A DNA stretch of 64,000 nucleotides from the human T2T-CHM13v2.0 reference genome, Homo sapiens. Positions 14,201-28,449 of the stretch are shown piece after piece. Position 1 is the first letter of the stretch. Each line of letters begins with the position of its first letter. The position numbers and the translations under genes are program-made. The notes below the pieces were generated by a model that was not told the DNA's origin, did no database searches, and saw only the letters and a list, made by a program, of their open reading frames with translations. The stretch lies in assembly GCF_009914755.1 (NCBI RefSeq), contig NC_060933.1, one strand, 5' to 3'.

Positions 14201-16607
14201 TTGAATGGAATCAATCCGAATGTAATGGAATGGAATGGAAAGGAATGGAATGGAATGGAATGGAATGGAATGGAATGGAATCAACCCGAGTGTAATGGAA
14301 TGGAATCGAAAGGAATGGAAAGGAATGGAATGGATTCAACTCGATTGCAATGGAATGGAATAGAATGGAATGGAATGGAATGGAATGGAATGGAATGGAA
14401 TTAACCCAAATAGAATGGAATGGAATGGAAAGCAACGGAACGGAATGGAATGGAATGGAATGGAATGGAATGGAATGGAATGGAATGGTATGGAATGGAA
14501 TGGAATGGTGCGGAATAGAATGGAATGGAACGAATTGGAATGGAATGGAATCGAATGGAATGGAATGGAATGGAATGGAATCAACCCGAGTACAGTGGAA
14601 TGTAATGGAACAGAATGCAACGGAATGGAATCATCCGTAATGGAATGGAATGGAATGGAATGGAATGGAATGGAATGGAATGGAATCAACTCGATTGCAA
14701 TGGAATGGAATGGAATGGAATGGAATAGAATGGAATGGAATTAACCCGGATAGATTGGAATGGAATGGAATGGAATCAACCCGAGTACAGGGGAATGGAA
14801 TGGAATGGAATGGAATGGAATCAACCCGAGTACAGGGGAATGGAATGGAATGGAAAGCAATGGAATGGAATCATCCATAAAGGAATGGAAAGGAATGGAA
14901 TGGAATGCAATGGAATGGAATAGAATGGAATGGAATGGAATGGAATAAACTCGATTGCAATAGAATGGAATGGAATGGAATTAACCCGAATAGAATGCAA
15001 TGGAATGGAATGGAACGGAACGGAATGGAATGGAATGGAATGGAATGGAATGGAACGGAACGGAATGGAATGGAATGGAATGGAATGGAATGGAATCAAC
15101 GCGAGTGCAGGGGAATGGAATGGAATGGAATGCAATGGAATGGAATCTTCCGGAATGGAATGGAATGGAATGGAATGGAATGGAATGGAATGGATTCAAC
15201 TCGATTGCAATGGAATGGAATGGAATGGAATGGAATGGAATGGAATGGAATGGAATTAACCCGAATAGAATGGAACGGAATGGAATGGAAAGGAAGGTAA
15301 TGGAATGGAATGGAATGGAATCAACCCGAGTGCAGGGGAATGGAATGGAATGGAATGCAATGGAATGGAATCATCCGGAATGGAATGCAATGGAATGGAA
15401 TGGAATGCAATGGAATGGAATCATCCGGAATGGAATGGAATGGAATGGAATAGAATGGAATCGAATGGAATGGAATGGAATCAAGTCGATTCCAATGGAA
15501 TGGAATGGAATGGAATGGAATGGAATGGAATGGAATGGAATCAACTCGATTCCAATGGAATGGAATGGAATAGAACGGAATGGAATTAACACGAATAGAA
15601 TGGAATGGAATGGAATGGAATGGAATGGATCGGAATGGAATGGATTCAACTCGATTGCAATTGAATGAAATACAATGGAATGGAATGGAATGGAATGGAA
15701 TTCAGTGGAATGGAATCATCCGGAACGGAATGGAATGGAATAGAATGGAATGGAATGGAATGGAATGGAATCAACCCGAGTGCAATGGAATGGAGAGGAA
15801 TGGAATGGAATGGAATGGAAACTACCCGAATGGAATGGAATGGAATGGAATGTAAGGAATTGAATAGAATCAATCCGAATGAAATGGAATGGAATGGAAC
15901 GGAATGGAATGAAATGGAATGGAATGGAATGGAATGGAATGCAATGGAATGGATTCAACCCGAGTGCAATAGAATGGAATCGAATGGAATGGAATGCAAT
16001 GGAATGGATTCAACTTGAATGGAATGGAAAGAATGGAATCAACACGAGTGGAATGGCATGGATTGGAATGGAATGGAATGGAATCAACCCGATTACAGGG
16101 GAATGGAATGGAATGGAATGGAATGCAAAGAAATGGAACGAAACGGAATGGAATGGAAAGGAATGGAATGGAATGGAATGGACTGGAATGGAATCAACGC
16201 GAGTGCAGTGGAATGGAATGGAATGGAATGCAATGCAATGGTATGTTCCGGAATGGAATGGAATGGAATGGAATGGAACGGAATGCAATGCAATGGATTC
16301 AACTCGATTGCAATGGAATGGAATAGAATGGAATGGAATGGAATGGAATGGAATCAACCCGAATAGAATGGAATGGAATGGAATGGAACGGAAAGGAATG
16401 GAACGGAACGCAATGGAATGGAATACAATGGAATGGAATGGAATGGTATGGAATGGAATGGAACGGTACGGAATTGAATGGAATGGAACGAATTGGAATG
16501 GAATGGAATCGAATGGAATGGAATGGAATCAACCCGAGTGCAGGGGAATGTAATGGAACGGAATGCAACGGAATGGAATCATCTGGAATGGAATGGAATG
16601 GAATGGA
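8261..16607 (+). repeat. Higher-order repeat copy 2 (about 8347 bp): near-identical to copy 1 over ~6.07 kb, internal segment replaced, diverged tail
   Basis: 8261..~14325 matches 1..~6065 with few substitutions seen; ~14330..15850 does not match 6070..7350; ~15860..16607 again parallels 7360..8260 (shared rare variant caacccgattacagggg at 7578 and 16085). Confidence 0.82.
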
Positions 16608-18050
16608 ATGGAATCAACCCGAGTGCAATGGAATGGAGTGGAATGGAATGGAATGGAATGTAAACAACCCGAATGGAATGGAATATAATGGAGTGTAAGC
16701 GAATTGAATGGAATCAATCCGAATGTAATGGAATGGAATGGAAAGGAAGGGAATGGAATGGAATGGAATGGAATGGAATGGAATGGAATCAACCCGAGTG
16801 TAATGGAATGGAATCGAAAGGAATGGAAAGGAATGGAATGGATTCAACTCGATTGCAATGGAATGGAATAGAATGGAATGTAATGGAATGGAATGGAATG
16901 GAATTAACCCGAATAGAATGGAATGGAATGGAATGGAACGCAACGGAACGGAACGGAATGGAATGGAATGGAATGTAATGGAATGGAATGGAATGGTATG
17001 GAATGGAATGGAATGGTGCGGAATAGAATGGAATGGAACGAATTGGAATGGAATGGAATCGAATGGAATGGAATGGAATGGAATGGAATCAACCCGAGTG
17101 CAGTGGAATGTAAGGGAACGGAATGCAAAGGAATGGAATCATCCGCAATGGAATGGAATGGAATGGAATGGAATGGAATGGAATCAACCCGAGTGCAATG
17201 GAATGGAGTGGAATGGAATGGAATGTAAACAACCCGAATGGAATGGAATATAATATAGTGTAAGGGAATTGAATGGAATCAATCCGAATGCAATGGAATG
17301 GAAAGGAAAGGAATGGAATTGAATGGAATGGAATGGAATGGAATCAACCCGAGTGTAATGGAATGGAATCGAAAGGAATGGAAAGGAATGGAATGGATTC
17401 AACACCAATGCAATGGAAAGGAATGGAATCAACCCGAGTGGAATGGCATGGAATGGAATGGAAAGGAATGGAATGGCATGGTACAGAACGGAATGGATTG
17501 GAACGAAATGGAATGGAATGGAATGGAATGGAATGGAATGGAATGGAATGGAATCAACTCGATTGCAATGGAATGGATTGGAATGGAATGGAATGGAATA
17601 GAATGGAAGGGAATTAACCCGAATAGATTGGAATGGAATGGAATACAATCAACCCGAGTACAGGGGAATGGAATGGAATGGAATGCAATGGAATGGAATC
17701 ATCCGTAAAGGAATGGAAAGGAATGGAATGGAATGGAATGGAATAGAATGGAATGGAATGGAATGGAATCAACTCTATTGAAATAGAATGGAACGGAATG
17801 GAATTAACCCGAATAGAATGGAATGGAATGGAATGGAACGGAACGGAACGAAACGGAACTGAATGGAATGGAATGCAATGGAATGGAATGGAATGGTATG
17901 GAATGGAATGGAATGGTACGGAATAGAATGGAATGGAACGAATTGGAATGGAATGGAATCGAATGGAATGGAATGGAATCAACCAGAGTGCAGGGGAATG
18001 TAATGGAACGGAATGCAATGGAATGGAATCATCCGGAATGGAATGGAATG
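16608..18050 (+). repeat. Diverged partial third copy of the start of the 8.26-kb unit
   Basis: Shares private variants with 1..1420: taatatagtgtaaggg (619, 8879, 17251), atacaatcaacccgagtac (1011, 9271, 17643), caaccagagtgcagggg (1348, 9608, 17980); ORF 552..1016 parallels 17184..17648. Confidence 0.8.
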
Positions 18051-21000
18051 GAATGGAATGGAATCAACCCGAGTGCAATGGAATGGAGTGGAATGGAATG
18101 GAATGGAATGTAAACAACCCGAATGGAATGGAATATACTGGAGTGTAAGGGAATTGAATGGAATCAATCCGAATGTAATGGAATGGAATGGAAAGGAATG
18201 GAATGGAATGGAATGGAATGGAATGGAATGGAATGGAATCAACCCGAGTGTAATGGAATGGAATCGAAAGGAATGGAAAGGAATGGAATGGATTCAACCC
18301 GATTGCAATGGAATGGAATAGAATGGAATGGAATGGAATGGAATGGAATGGAGTTAACCGGAATAGAATGGAATGGAATGGTATGGAACGCAACGGAACG
18401 GAATGGAATGGAAAGGAATGGAATGGAATGGAATGGAATGGAATGGAATGGAATGGTATGGAATGGAATGGAATGGTGCGGTATAGAATGGATTGGAACG
18501 AATTGGAATGTAATGGAATCGAATGGAATGGAATGGAATGGAAGGGAATCAACCCGAGTGCAGTGGAATGTAATGGAACGGAATGCAATGGAATGGAATC
18601 ATACGCAATGGAATGGAATGGAATGGAATGGAATGGAATGGAATGGAATGGAATCAACCCGAGTGCAATGGAATGGAGTGGAATGGAATGGAATGGAATG
18701 TAAACAACACGAATGGAATGGAATATAATGGAGTGTAAGGGAATTGAATGGAATCAATCCGAATGTAATGGAATGGAATGGAAAGGAATGGAATTGAATG
18801 GAATGGAATGGAATGGAATCAACCCGAGTGTAATGGAATGGAATCGAAAGGAATGGAAAGGAATGGAATGGATTCAACACCAATGTAATGGAAAGGAATG
18901 GAATCAACCCGAGTGGAATGGCATGGAATGGAATGGAAAGGAATGGAATGGAATGGTACAGAACGGAATGGATTGGAACGAAATGGAATGGAATGGAATG
19001 GAATGGAATGGAATGGAATGGAATGGAATGGAATCAACTCGATTGCAATGGAACGGAATGGAATGGAATGGAATAGAATGGAATGGAATTAACCCGAATA
19101 GATTGGAATGGAATGGATTGGAATCAACCATAGTACAGGGGAATGGAATGGAATGGAATGCAATGGAATGGAATCATCCATAAAGGAATGGAAAGGAATG
19201 GAATGGAATAGAATGGAATGGAATGGAATGGAATTAACCCGAATAGAATGGAATGGAATGGAATGGAACACAACGGAACGGAATGGAATGGAATGGAATG
19301 GAATGGAATGGAATGGAAAGGAATGGAATGGAATCAACACGAGTGCAGTGGAATGTAAGGGAACGGAATGCAATGGAATGGAATCATCCGCAATGGAATG
19401 GAATGGAATGGAATGGAATGGAATGGAATGGAATGGAATCAACCCGAGTGCAATGGAATGGAGTGGAATGGAATGGAATGGAATGTAAACAACCCGAATG
19501 GAATGGAATATAATGGAGTGTAAGGGAATTGAATGGAATGAATCCGAATGCAATGGAATGGAATGGAAAGGAATGGAATTGAATGGAATGGAACGGAATG
19601 GAATCAACCCGAGTGTAATGGAATGGAATAGAAAGGAATGGAAAGGAATGGAATGGATTGAACCCCAGTGTAATGGAAAGGAATGGAATCAACCCGAGAG
19701 GAATGGCATGGAATGGAATGGAAAGGAATGAAATGGAATGGTACAGAACGGAATGGATTGGAACGAAATGGAATGGAATGGAATGGAATGGAATGGAATG
19801 GAATGGAATCAACTCGATTGCAATGGAGTGGAATGGAATGGAATGGAATGGAATGGAATAGAATGGAAAGGAATTAACCCGAATAGATTGGAATGGAATG
19901 GAATGGAATCAACCCGAGTACAGGGGAATGGAATGGAATGGAATGCAATGGAATGGAATCATCCGTAAAGGAATGGAAAGGAATGGAATGGAAAGGAATA
20001 GAATGGAATGGAATGGAATGCAATCAACTCGATTGCAATAGAATAGAATGGAATGGAATTAACCCGAATAGAATGCAATGGAATGGAATGGAACGGAACG
20101 GAATGGAATAGAATGGAATGGAATGGAATGGAATGGAATGGAACGGAACGGAACGGAATGAAATGGAATGGAATGGAATGGAATGGAATCAACGCGAGTG
20201 AAGGGGAATGGAATGGAATGGAATGCAATGGAATGGAATCTTCCGGAATGGAATGGAATGGAATGGAATGGAATGGAATGGAATGGATTCAACTCGATTG
20301 CAATGGAATGGAATGGAATGGAATGGAATGGAATGGAATGGAATGGAATGGAATTAACCCGAATAGAATGGAATGGAATGGAATAGAAAGGAATGTAATG
20401 GAATGGAATGGAATGGAATCAACCCGAGTGCAGGGGAATGGAATGGAATGGATTGCAATGGAATGGAATCATCCAGAATGGAATGCAGTGGAATGGAATG
20501 GAATGCAATGGAATGGAATCATCCGGAATGGAATGGAATGGAATAGAATGGAATGGAATGGAATGGAATCAACTCCATTCCAATGGAATGGAATGGAATA
20601 GAACGCAATGGAATTAACACGAATAGAATGGAATGGAATGGAATGGAACGGAATGGAATGGAATGGAATGGATTCAACTCGATTGCAATGGAATGAAATA
20701 GAATGGAATGGAATGGAATGGAATGGATTTAACCCGAATAGAATGGAATGGAATGGAATGGAACGGAATGTAATGGAATAGAATCGAATGGAATCAACCT
20801 GAGTGCAGGGGAATGGAATGGAATGGAATGCAATGGAATGGAATCATCAGGAATGGAAAGGAATGGAATGGAATGCAATGGAATGGAATCAACTCGATTT
20901 CAATGGAATGGAATGGAATAGAATGGAATGGAATTAACACGAATAGAATGGATTGGAATGGAATGGAATGGAACGGAAAGGAATGGAATGGAATGGAAAG

Positions 21001-24000
21001 GAATCAACCCAAGTGCAGGGGAATGGAATGGAATGGAATTCAGTGGAATGGAATCATCCGGAATGGAATGGAATGGAATGGAATGGAATGGAATGGAATG
21101 GAATCAACCCGAGTGCAATGGAATGGAGAGGAATGGAATGGAATGGAATGGAAACTACCCAAATGGAATGGAATGTAATGGAGTGTAAGGGAATTGAATA
21201 GAATCAATCCGAATGAAATGGAATGGAATGGATCGGAATGGAATGAAATGGAATGGAATGGAAAGGCATGGAATGCAATGGAATGGAATCAACCCGAGTG
21301 CAATCGAATGGAATCGAATGGAATGGAATGCAATGGAATGGATTCAAATTGAATGGAATGGAAAGAATGGAATCAACACGAGTGGAATGGCATGGATTGG
21401 AATGGAATGGAATGGAATCAACCCGAGTACAGGGGAATGGAATGGAATGGAATGGAATGCAATGGAATGGAATCATCGGTAATGGAATGGAAAGGAATGG
21501 AATGGAATGGAATGGAATGGAATCAACTAGATTGCAATCGAATGGAATGGAATGGAATTAACCCGAATAGAATGGAATGGAATGGAATGGAACGGAACGG
21601 AATGGAATGGAATGGAATGGAATGGAATGGACTGGAATGGAATCAACGCGAGTGCAGGGGAATGGAATGGAATGGAATGCAATGGAATGGTATGTTCCGG
21701 AATGGAATGGAATGGAATGGAATGGAATGCAATGGATTCAACTCGATTGCAATGGAATGGAATAGAATGGAATGGAATGGAATGGAATGGAATCAACCCG
21801 AATAGAATGGAATGGAATGGAATGGAACGGAACGGAACGGAACGTAACTGAATGGAATGGAATGCAATGGAATGGAATGGAATGGTATGGAATGGAATGG
21901 AATGGTACGGAATAGAATGGAATGGAACGAATTGGAATGGAATGGAATCGAATGGAATGGAATGGAATCAACCCGAGTGCAGGGGAATGTATTGGAACGG
22001 AATGCAATGGAATGGAATCATCCGTAATGGAATGGAATGGAATGGAATGGAATGGAATCAACCCGAGTGCAATGGAATGGAGTGGAATGGAATGGAATGG
22101 AATCGAAACAACCCGAATGGAATGGAATATACTGGAGTGTAAGGGAATTGAATGGAATCAATCCGAATGCAATGGAATGGAATGGAAAGGAATGGAATGG
22201 AATGGCATGGAATGTAATGGAATCAACCCGAGTGTAATGGAATGGAATCGAAAGGAATGGAAAGGAATGGAATGGATTCTACTCGATTGCAATGGAGTGG
22301 AATAGAATGGAATGGAATGGAATGGAATGGAATGGAATGGAATGGAATGCAATGGATTCAACTCGATTGCAATGGAATGGAATAGAATGGAATGGAATGG
22401 AATGGAATGGAATCAACCCGAATAGAATGGAATGGAATGGAATGGAACGGAACGGAATGGAATGGAATGGAATGGAATAGAATGGAATGGAATGGAATGG
22501 AATGGAATGGAATGGAATGGAATGGAATGGAATTAACCCGAATAGAATGGAATGGAATGGAATGGAACGCAACGGAACGGAATGGAATGGAATGGAATGG
22601 AATGGAATGGAATGGTAAGGAATGGCATGGAATGGTGTGGAATAGAATGGAATGGAACGAATTGGAATGGAATGGAATCGAATGGAACGGAATGGAATGG
22701 AAAGGAATCAACCCGAGTGTAATGGAATGGAATCGAAAGGAATGGAAAGGAATGGAATGGATTCAACACCAATGTAATGGAAAGGAATGGAATCAACCCG
22801 AGTGGAATGGCATGGAATGGAATGGAAAGGAATGGAATGGAATGGTACAGAACGGAATGGATTGGAACGAAATGGAATGGAATGGAATGGAATGGAATGG
22901 AACGGAATCAACTCGATTGCAATGGAATGGAATGGAATGGAATGGAAAAGAATGGAATGGAATTAACCCGAATAGATTGGAATGGAATGGAATGGAATCA
23001 ACACGAGTACAGGGGAATCGAATGGAATGGAATGCAATGGAATGGAATCATCCGTAAAGGAATGGAAAGGAATGGAATGGAATGGAATGGAATGGAATAG
23101 AATGGAATGGAATGGAATGGAATCAAATCGATTGCAATAGAATGGAATGGAATGGAATTAACCCGAATAGAACGGAATGGAATGGAATGGAACGGAACCG
23201 AATGGAATAGATTGGAATGGAATGGAATGGAATGGAAGGGAACGGAAGGGAATGGAATGGACTGGAATGGAATCAACGCGAGTGCAGGGGAATGGAATGG
23301 AATGGAATGCAATGGAATGGAATCTTCCGGAATGGAATGGAATGGAATGGATTCAACTCGATTGCAATGGAATGGAATGGAATGGAATGGAATAGAATGG
23401 AATGGAATGGAATTAACCCGAATAGAATGGAATGGAATGGAATGGAAAGGAATGTAATGGAATGGAATGGAATGGAATCAACCCGAGTGCAGGGGAATGG
23501 AATGGAATGGAATGCAATGGAATGGAATCATCCGGAATGGAATGCAATGGAATGGAATGGAATGCAATGGAATGGAATCATCCGGAATGGAATGGAATGG
23601 AATGGAATGGAATGGAATGGAATGGAATGGAATAGAATCAACTCGATTCCAATGGAATGGAATGGAATAGAACGGAATGGAATTAACACGAATAGAATAG
23701 AATGGAATGGAATGGAATGGAACGGAATGGAATGGAATGGAATGGATTCAACTCGATTGCAATGGAATGAAATAGAATGGAATGGAATGGAATGGAATGG
23801 AATTAACCCGAATAGAATGGAATGGAATGGAATGGAAAGGAATGTAATGGAATAGAATGGAATGGAATCAACCTGAGTGCAGGGGAATGGAATGGAATGG
23901 AATGCAATGGAATGGAATCATCAGGAATGGAATGGAATGGAATGCAATGGAATGGAATGGAATCAACTCGATTTCAATGGAGTGGAATGGAATAGAATAG

Positions 24001-27000
24001 AATGGAATTAACACGAATAGAATGGATTGGAATGGAATGGAATGGAACGGAAAGGAATGGAATGGAATGGAATGGAATCAACCCAATTGCAGGGGAATGG
24101 AATGGAATGGAATTCAGTGGAATGGAATGATCCGGAATGGAATGGAATGGAATGCAATGGAATGGAATGGAATGGAATGGAATCAACCCGAGTGCAATGG
24201 AATGGAGAGGAATGGCATGGAATGGAATGGAAACTACCCGAATGGAATGGAATGTAATGGAGTGTAAGGGAAATGAATAGAATCAATCCGAATGTAATGG
24301 AATGGAATGGAACGGAATGGAAAGAAATGGAATGGAATGGAATGGAATGGAATGCAATGGAATGGAATCAACCCGAGTGCAATCGAATGGAATCGAATGG
24401 AATGGAATGCAATGGAATGGATTCAACTTGAATGGAATGGTAATAATGGAATCAACATGAGTGGAATGGCATGGATTTGAATGGAATGGAATGGAATAAA
24501 CCCGAGTACAGGGGAATGGAATGGAATGGAATGCAATGGAATGGAATCATCCGTAATGGAATGGAAAGGAATGGAATGGAATGGAATGGAATGGAATGGA
24601 ATGGAATCAACTAGATTGCAATCGAATGGTATGGAATGGAATTAACCCGAATAGAATGGAATGGAATGGAATGGAACGGAACGGAATGGAATGGAATGGA
24701 ATGGAATGGAATGGAACGGAATGGAATGGAATGGAATGGAATGGTACGGAATGGAATGGAATGGTGCGTAATAGAATGGAATGGAACGAATTGGAATGGA
24801 ATGGAATTGAATGGAATGGAATTGAATGGAATGGAATCAACCCGAGTGCAGTGGAATGTAATGGAACGGAATGCAATGGAATGGAATCATCCGCGATGGA
24901 ATGGAATGGAATGGAATGGAACGGAATCAACCCGAGTGCAATGGAATAGAGTGGAATGGAATGGAATGGAATGTAAACAACCCGAATGGAATGGAATATA
25001 ATGCAGTGTAAGGGAATTGAATGGAATCAATCCGAATGTAATGGAATGGAGTGGAAAGGAATGGAATTGAATGGAATGGAATGGAATGGAATCAACCCGA
25101 GTGTAATGGAATGGAATCGAAAGGAATGGAACGGAATGGAATGGATTCAACTCGATTGCAATGGAATGGAATAGAATGGAATGGAATGGAATGGAATGGA
25201 ATGGAATGGAATGGAACGGAACGGAATGGAACGGAACGGAATGGAATGGAATGCAATGGAATGGAATGGAATGGTATGGAATGGAATGGAATGGTACGGA
25301 ATAGAATGGAATGGAACGAATTGGAATGGAATGGAATTGAATGGAATGGAATGGAATCAACCCGAGTGCAGGGGAATGTAATGGAACGGAATGCAAGGGA
25401 ATGGAATCATCCGGAATGGAATGGAATGGAATGGAATCAACCCGAGTGCAATTGAATGGAGTGGAATGGAATGGAATGGAATGGAACAACCCGAATGGAA
25501 TGGAATGAAATGGAGAGTAAGGGAGTTGAATAGAAGCAATCCGAATGTAATGGAATGGAATGGAACGGAATGGAATGGAATGGAATGGAAGGGAATGCAA
25601 TGGAATGGAATGGAATGGAATGGACTGGAATGGAATCAACGCGAGTGCAGGGGAATGGAATGGAATGGAATGCAATGGAATGGTATGTTCCGGAATGGAA
25701 TGGAATGGAATGGAATGGAATGGAATGCAATGGATTCAACTCGATTGCAATGGAATGGAATAGAATGGAATGGAATGGAATGGAATGGAATCAACCCGAA
25801 TAGAATGGAATGGAATGGAATGGAACGGAACGGAACGGAACGGAACTGAATGGAATGGAATGCAATGGAATGGAATGGAATGGTATGGAATGGAATGGAA
25901 TGGTACGGAATAGAATGGAATGGAACGAATTGGAATGGAATGGAATCGAATGGAATGGAATGGAATCAACTCGATTTCAATGGAATGGAATAGAATAGAA
26001 TGGAATGGAATTAACACGAATAGAATGGAATGGAATGGAATGGAATGGAACGGTAAGGAATGGAATGGAATGGAATGGAATGGAACGGTAAGGAATGGAA
26101 TGGAATGGAATGGAATCAACCCAAGTGCAGGGGAATGGAATGGAATGGAATTCAGTGGAATGGAATCATCCGGAATGGAAAGGAATGGAATGGAATGGAA
26201 TGGAATGGAATCAACCCGAGTGCAATGGAATGGAGAGGAATGGAATGGAATCAACACGAGTGCAGGGGAATGGAATGGAATGGAATGCAATGGAATGGAA
26301 TCATCCGGAATGGAATGGAATGGAATGGAATGCAAAGCAATGGAATCAACTCGATTGCAATGGAATGGAATGGAATGGAAAGGAATAGAATGGAATCAAC
26401 CCGACTGGAATGGAATGGAAAGGACTGGAATGGAGTGGAATGGAATGGAATGCAATGCATTCAACTCGATTGCAATGGAATGGAATAGAATGGAATGGAA
26501 TGGAATGGAATGGAATGGAATTAAACCGAATAGAATGGAATGGAATGGAATGGAACGGAACGGAACGGAAAGGAAGGGAATGGAATGGAATAGAATGGAA
26601 TGCAATGGAATGGAATGGAATGGAATCAACTCGATTCCAATGGAATGGAATGGAATGGAATGGAATAGAATCGTTCCGAGTGGAATAGGAGGGAATGTAT
26701 TCGAGTGGAATGGAAAGGAATGGAATCAACCAGAGTGGAATGGAAGGGAATGGAATGGAATGGAAACTAATAGAATGGAATCAACCCGAGTGGAATGGAA
26801 TGGAAAGGAATGGAAAGGAATGGAATGGAATGGAATGGAACTAACCCGAATACAATGGAATGGAATGGAATGGAACGGAATGGAGTAGAATGGAATGGAA
26901 TCAACGCGAGTGCAGGGGAATGGAATGGAATGGAATGCAATGGAATGGAATCATCCGGAATGGAATGGAATGGAATGGAATGCAAAGCAATGGAATCAAC

Positions 27001-28449
27001 TCGATTGCAATGGAATGGAATGGAATGGAAAGGAATAGAATGGAATCAACCCGACTGGAATGGAATGGAAAGGACTGGAATGGAGTGGAATGGAATGGAA
27101 TGGAATGGAATGGAATCAACTCGATTGTAATGGAATGGAATGGAATGGAATGGAAAAGAATTAACCCGAATAGAATGGAATGGAATGGAATGGAATGGAA
27201 TGGAATGGAATAAACCCGACTGCAGGGGAATGGAATGGAATGGAATGCAATGCAATGGATTCAACTTGAATGGAATGGAAAGAATGGAATCAAAACGAGT
27301 GGAATGGCATGGATTGGAATGGAATGGAATGGAATCAACCCGAGTACAGGGGAATGGAATGGAATGGAATGCAATGGAATGGAATCATCCGTAATGGAAT
27401 GGAAAGGAATGGAATGGAATGGAATGGAATCAACTCGATTGCAATCGAATGGAATGGAATGGAATTAACCCGAATAGAATGGAATGCAATGGAATGGAAC
27501 GGAACAGAACGGAATGGAATGGATTGGAATGGAATGGAATGGAATGGAATGGAACGGAAAGGAATGGAATGGAATGGAATGGAATGGAATGGAATGGAAT
27601 GGAATCAACGCGAGTGCAGGGGAATGGAATGGAATGGAATGCAATGGAATGGAATCTTCCGGAATGGAATGGAATGGAATGGAATGGAATGGAATGGAAT
27701 GGAATAAACCCGAGTGCAATGGAATGGAGTGGAATGGCGTGGAATGGAATGGAACAACCCGAATGGAATGGAATGTAATGGAGAGTAAGGGAGTTGAATA
27801 GAATCAATCCGAATGTAATGGAATGGAATGGAACGGAATGGAATTGAATGGAATGGAATGGAATGCAATGGAATGGAATCAACCCGAGTGCAATGGAATG
27901 TAGAGGAATGGAATGGAATGGAATGGAAACTACCCGAATGGAATGGAATGTAATGGAGTGTAAGGGAATTGAATAGAATCAATCCGAATGTAATGGAATG
28001 GAATGGAACGGAATGGAATGGAATGGAATGGAATGGAATGCAATGGAATGGAATCAACCCGACTGCAATCGAATGGAATCGAATGGAATGGAATGCAATG
28101 GAATGGATTCAACTTGAATGGAATGGAAAGAATGGAATCAACACGAGTGGAATGGCATGGATTGGAACGGAATGGAATGGAATCAACCCGAGTACAGGGG
28201 AATGGAATGGAATGGAATGCAATGGAATGGAATCATCCGTAATGGAATGGAAAGGAATGGAATGGAATGGAATGGAATGGAATGGAATGGAAAGGAATGG
28301 AATGGAATCAACTCGATTGCAATAGAATGGAATGGAATGGAATTAACCCGAATAGAATGGAATGGAATGGAAGGGAACGGAACGGAATGGAATGGAATGG
28401 AATGGAATGGAATGGAATGGAACGGAACAGAATGGAACGGAATGGAATG

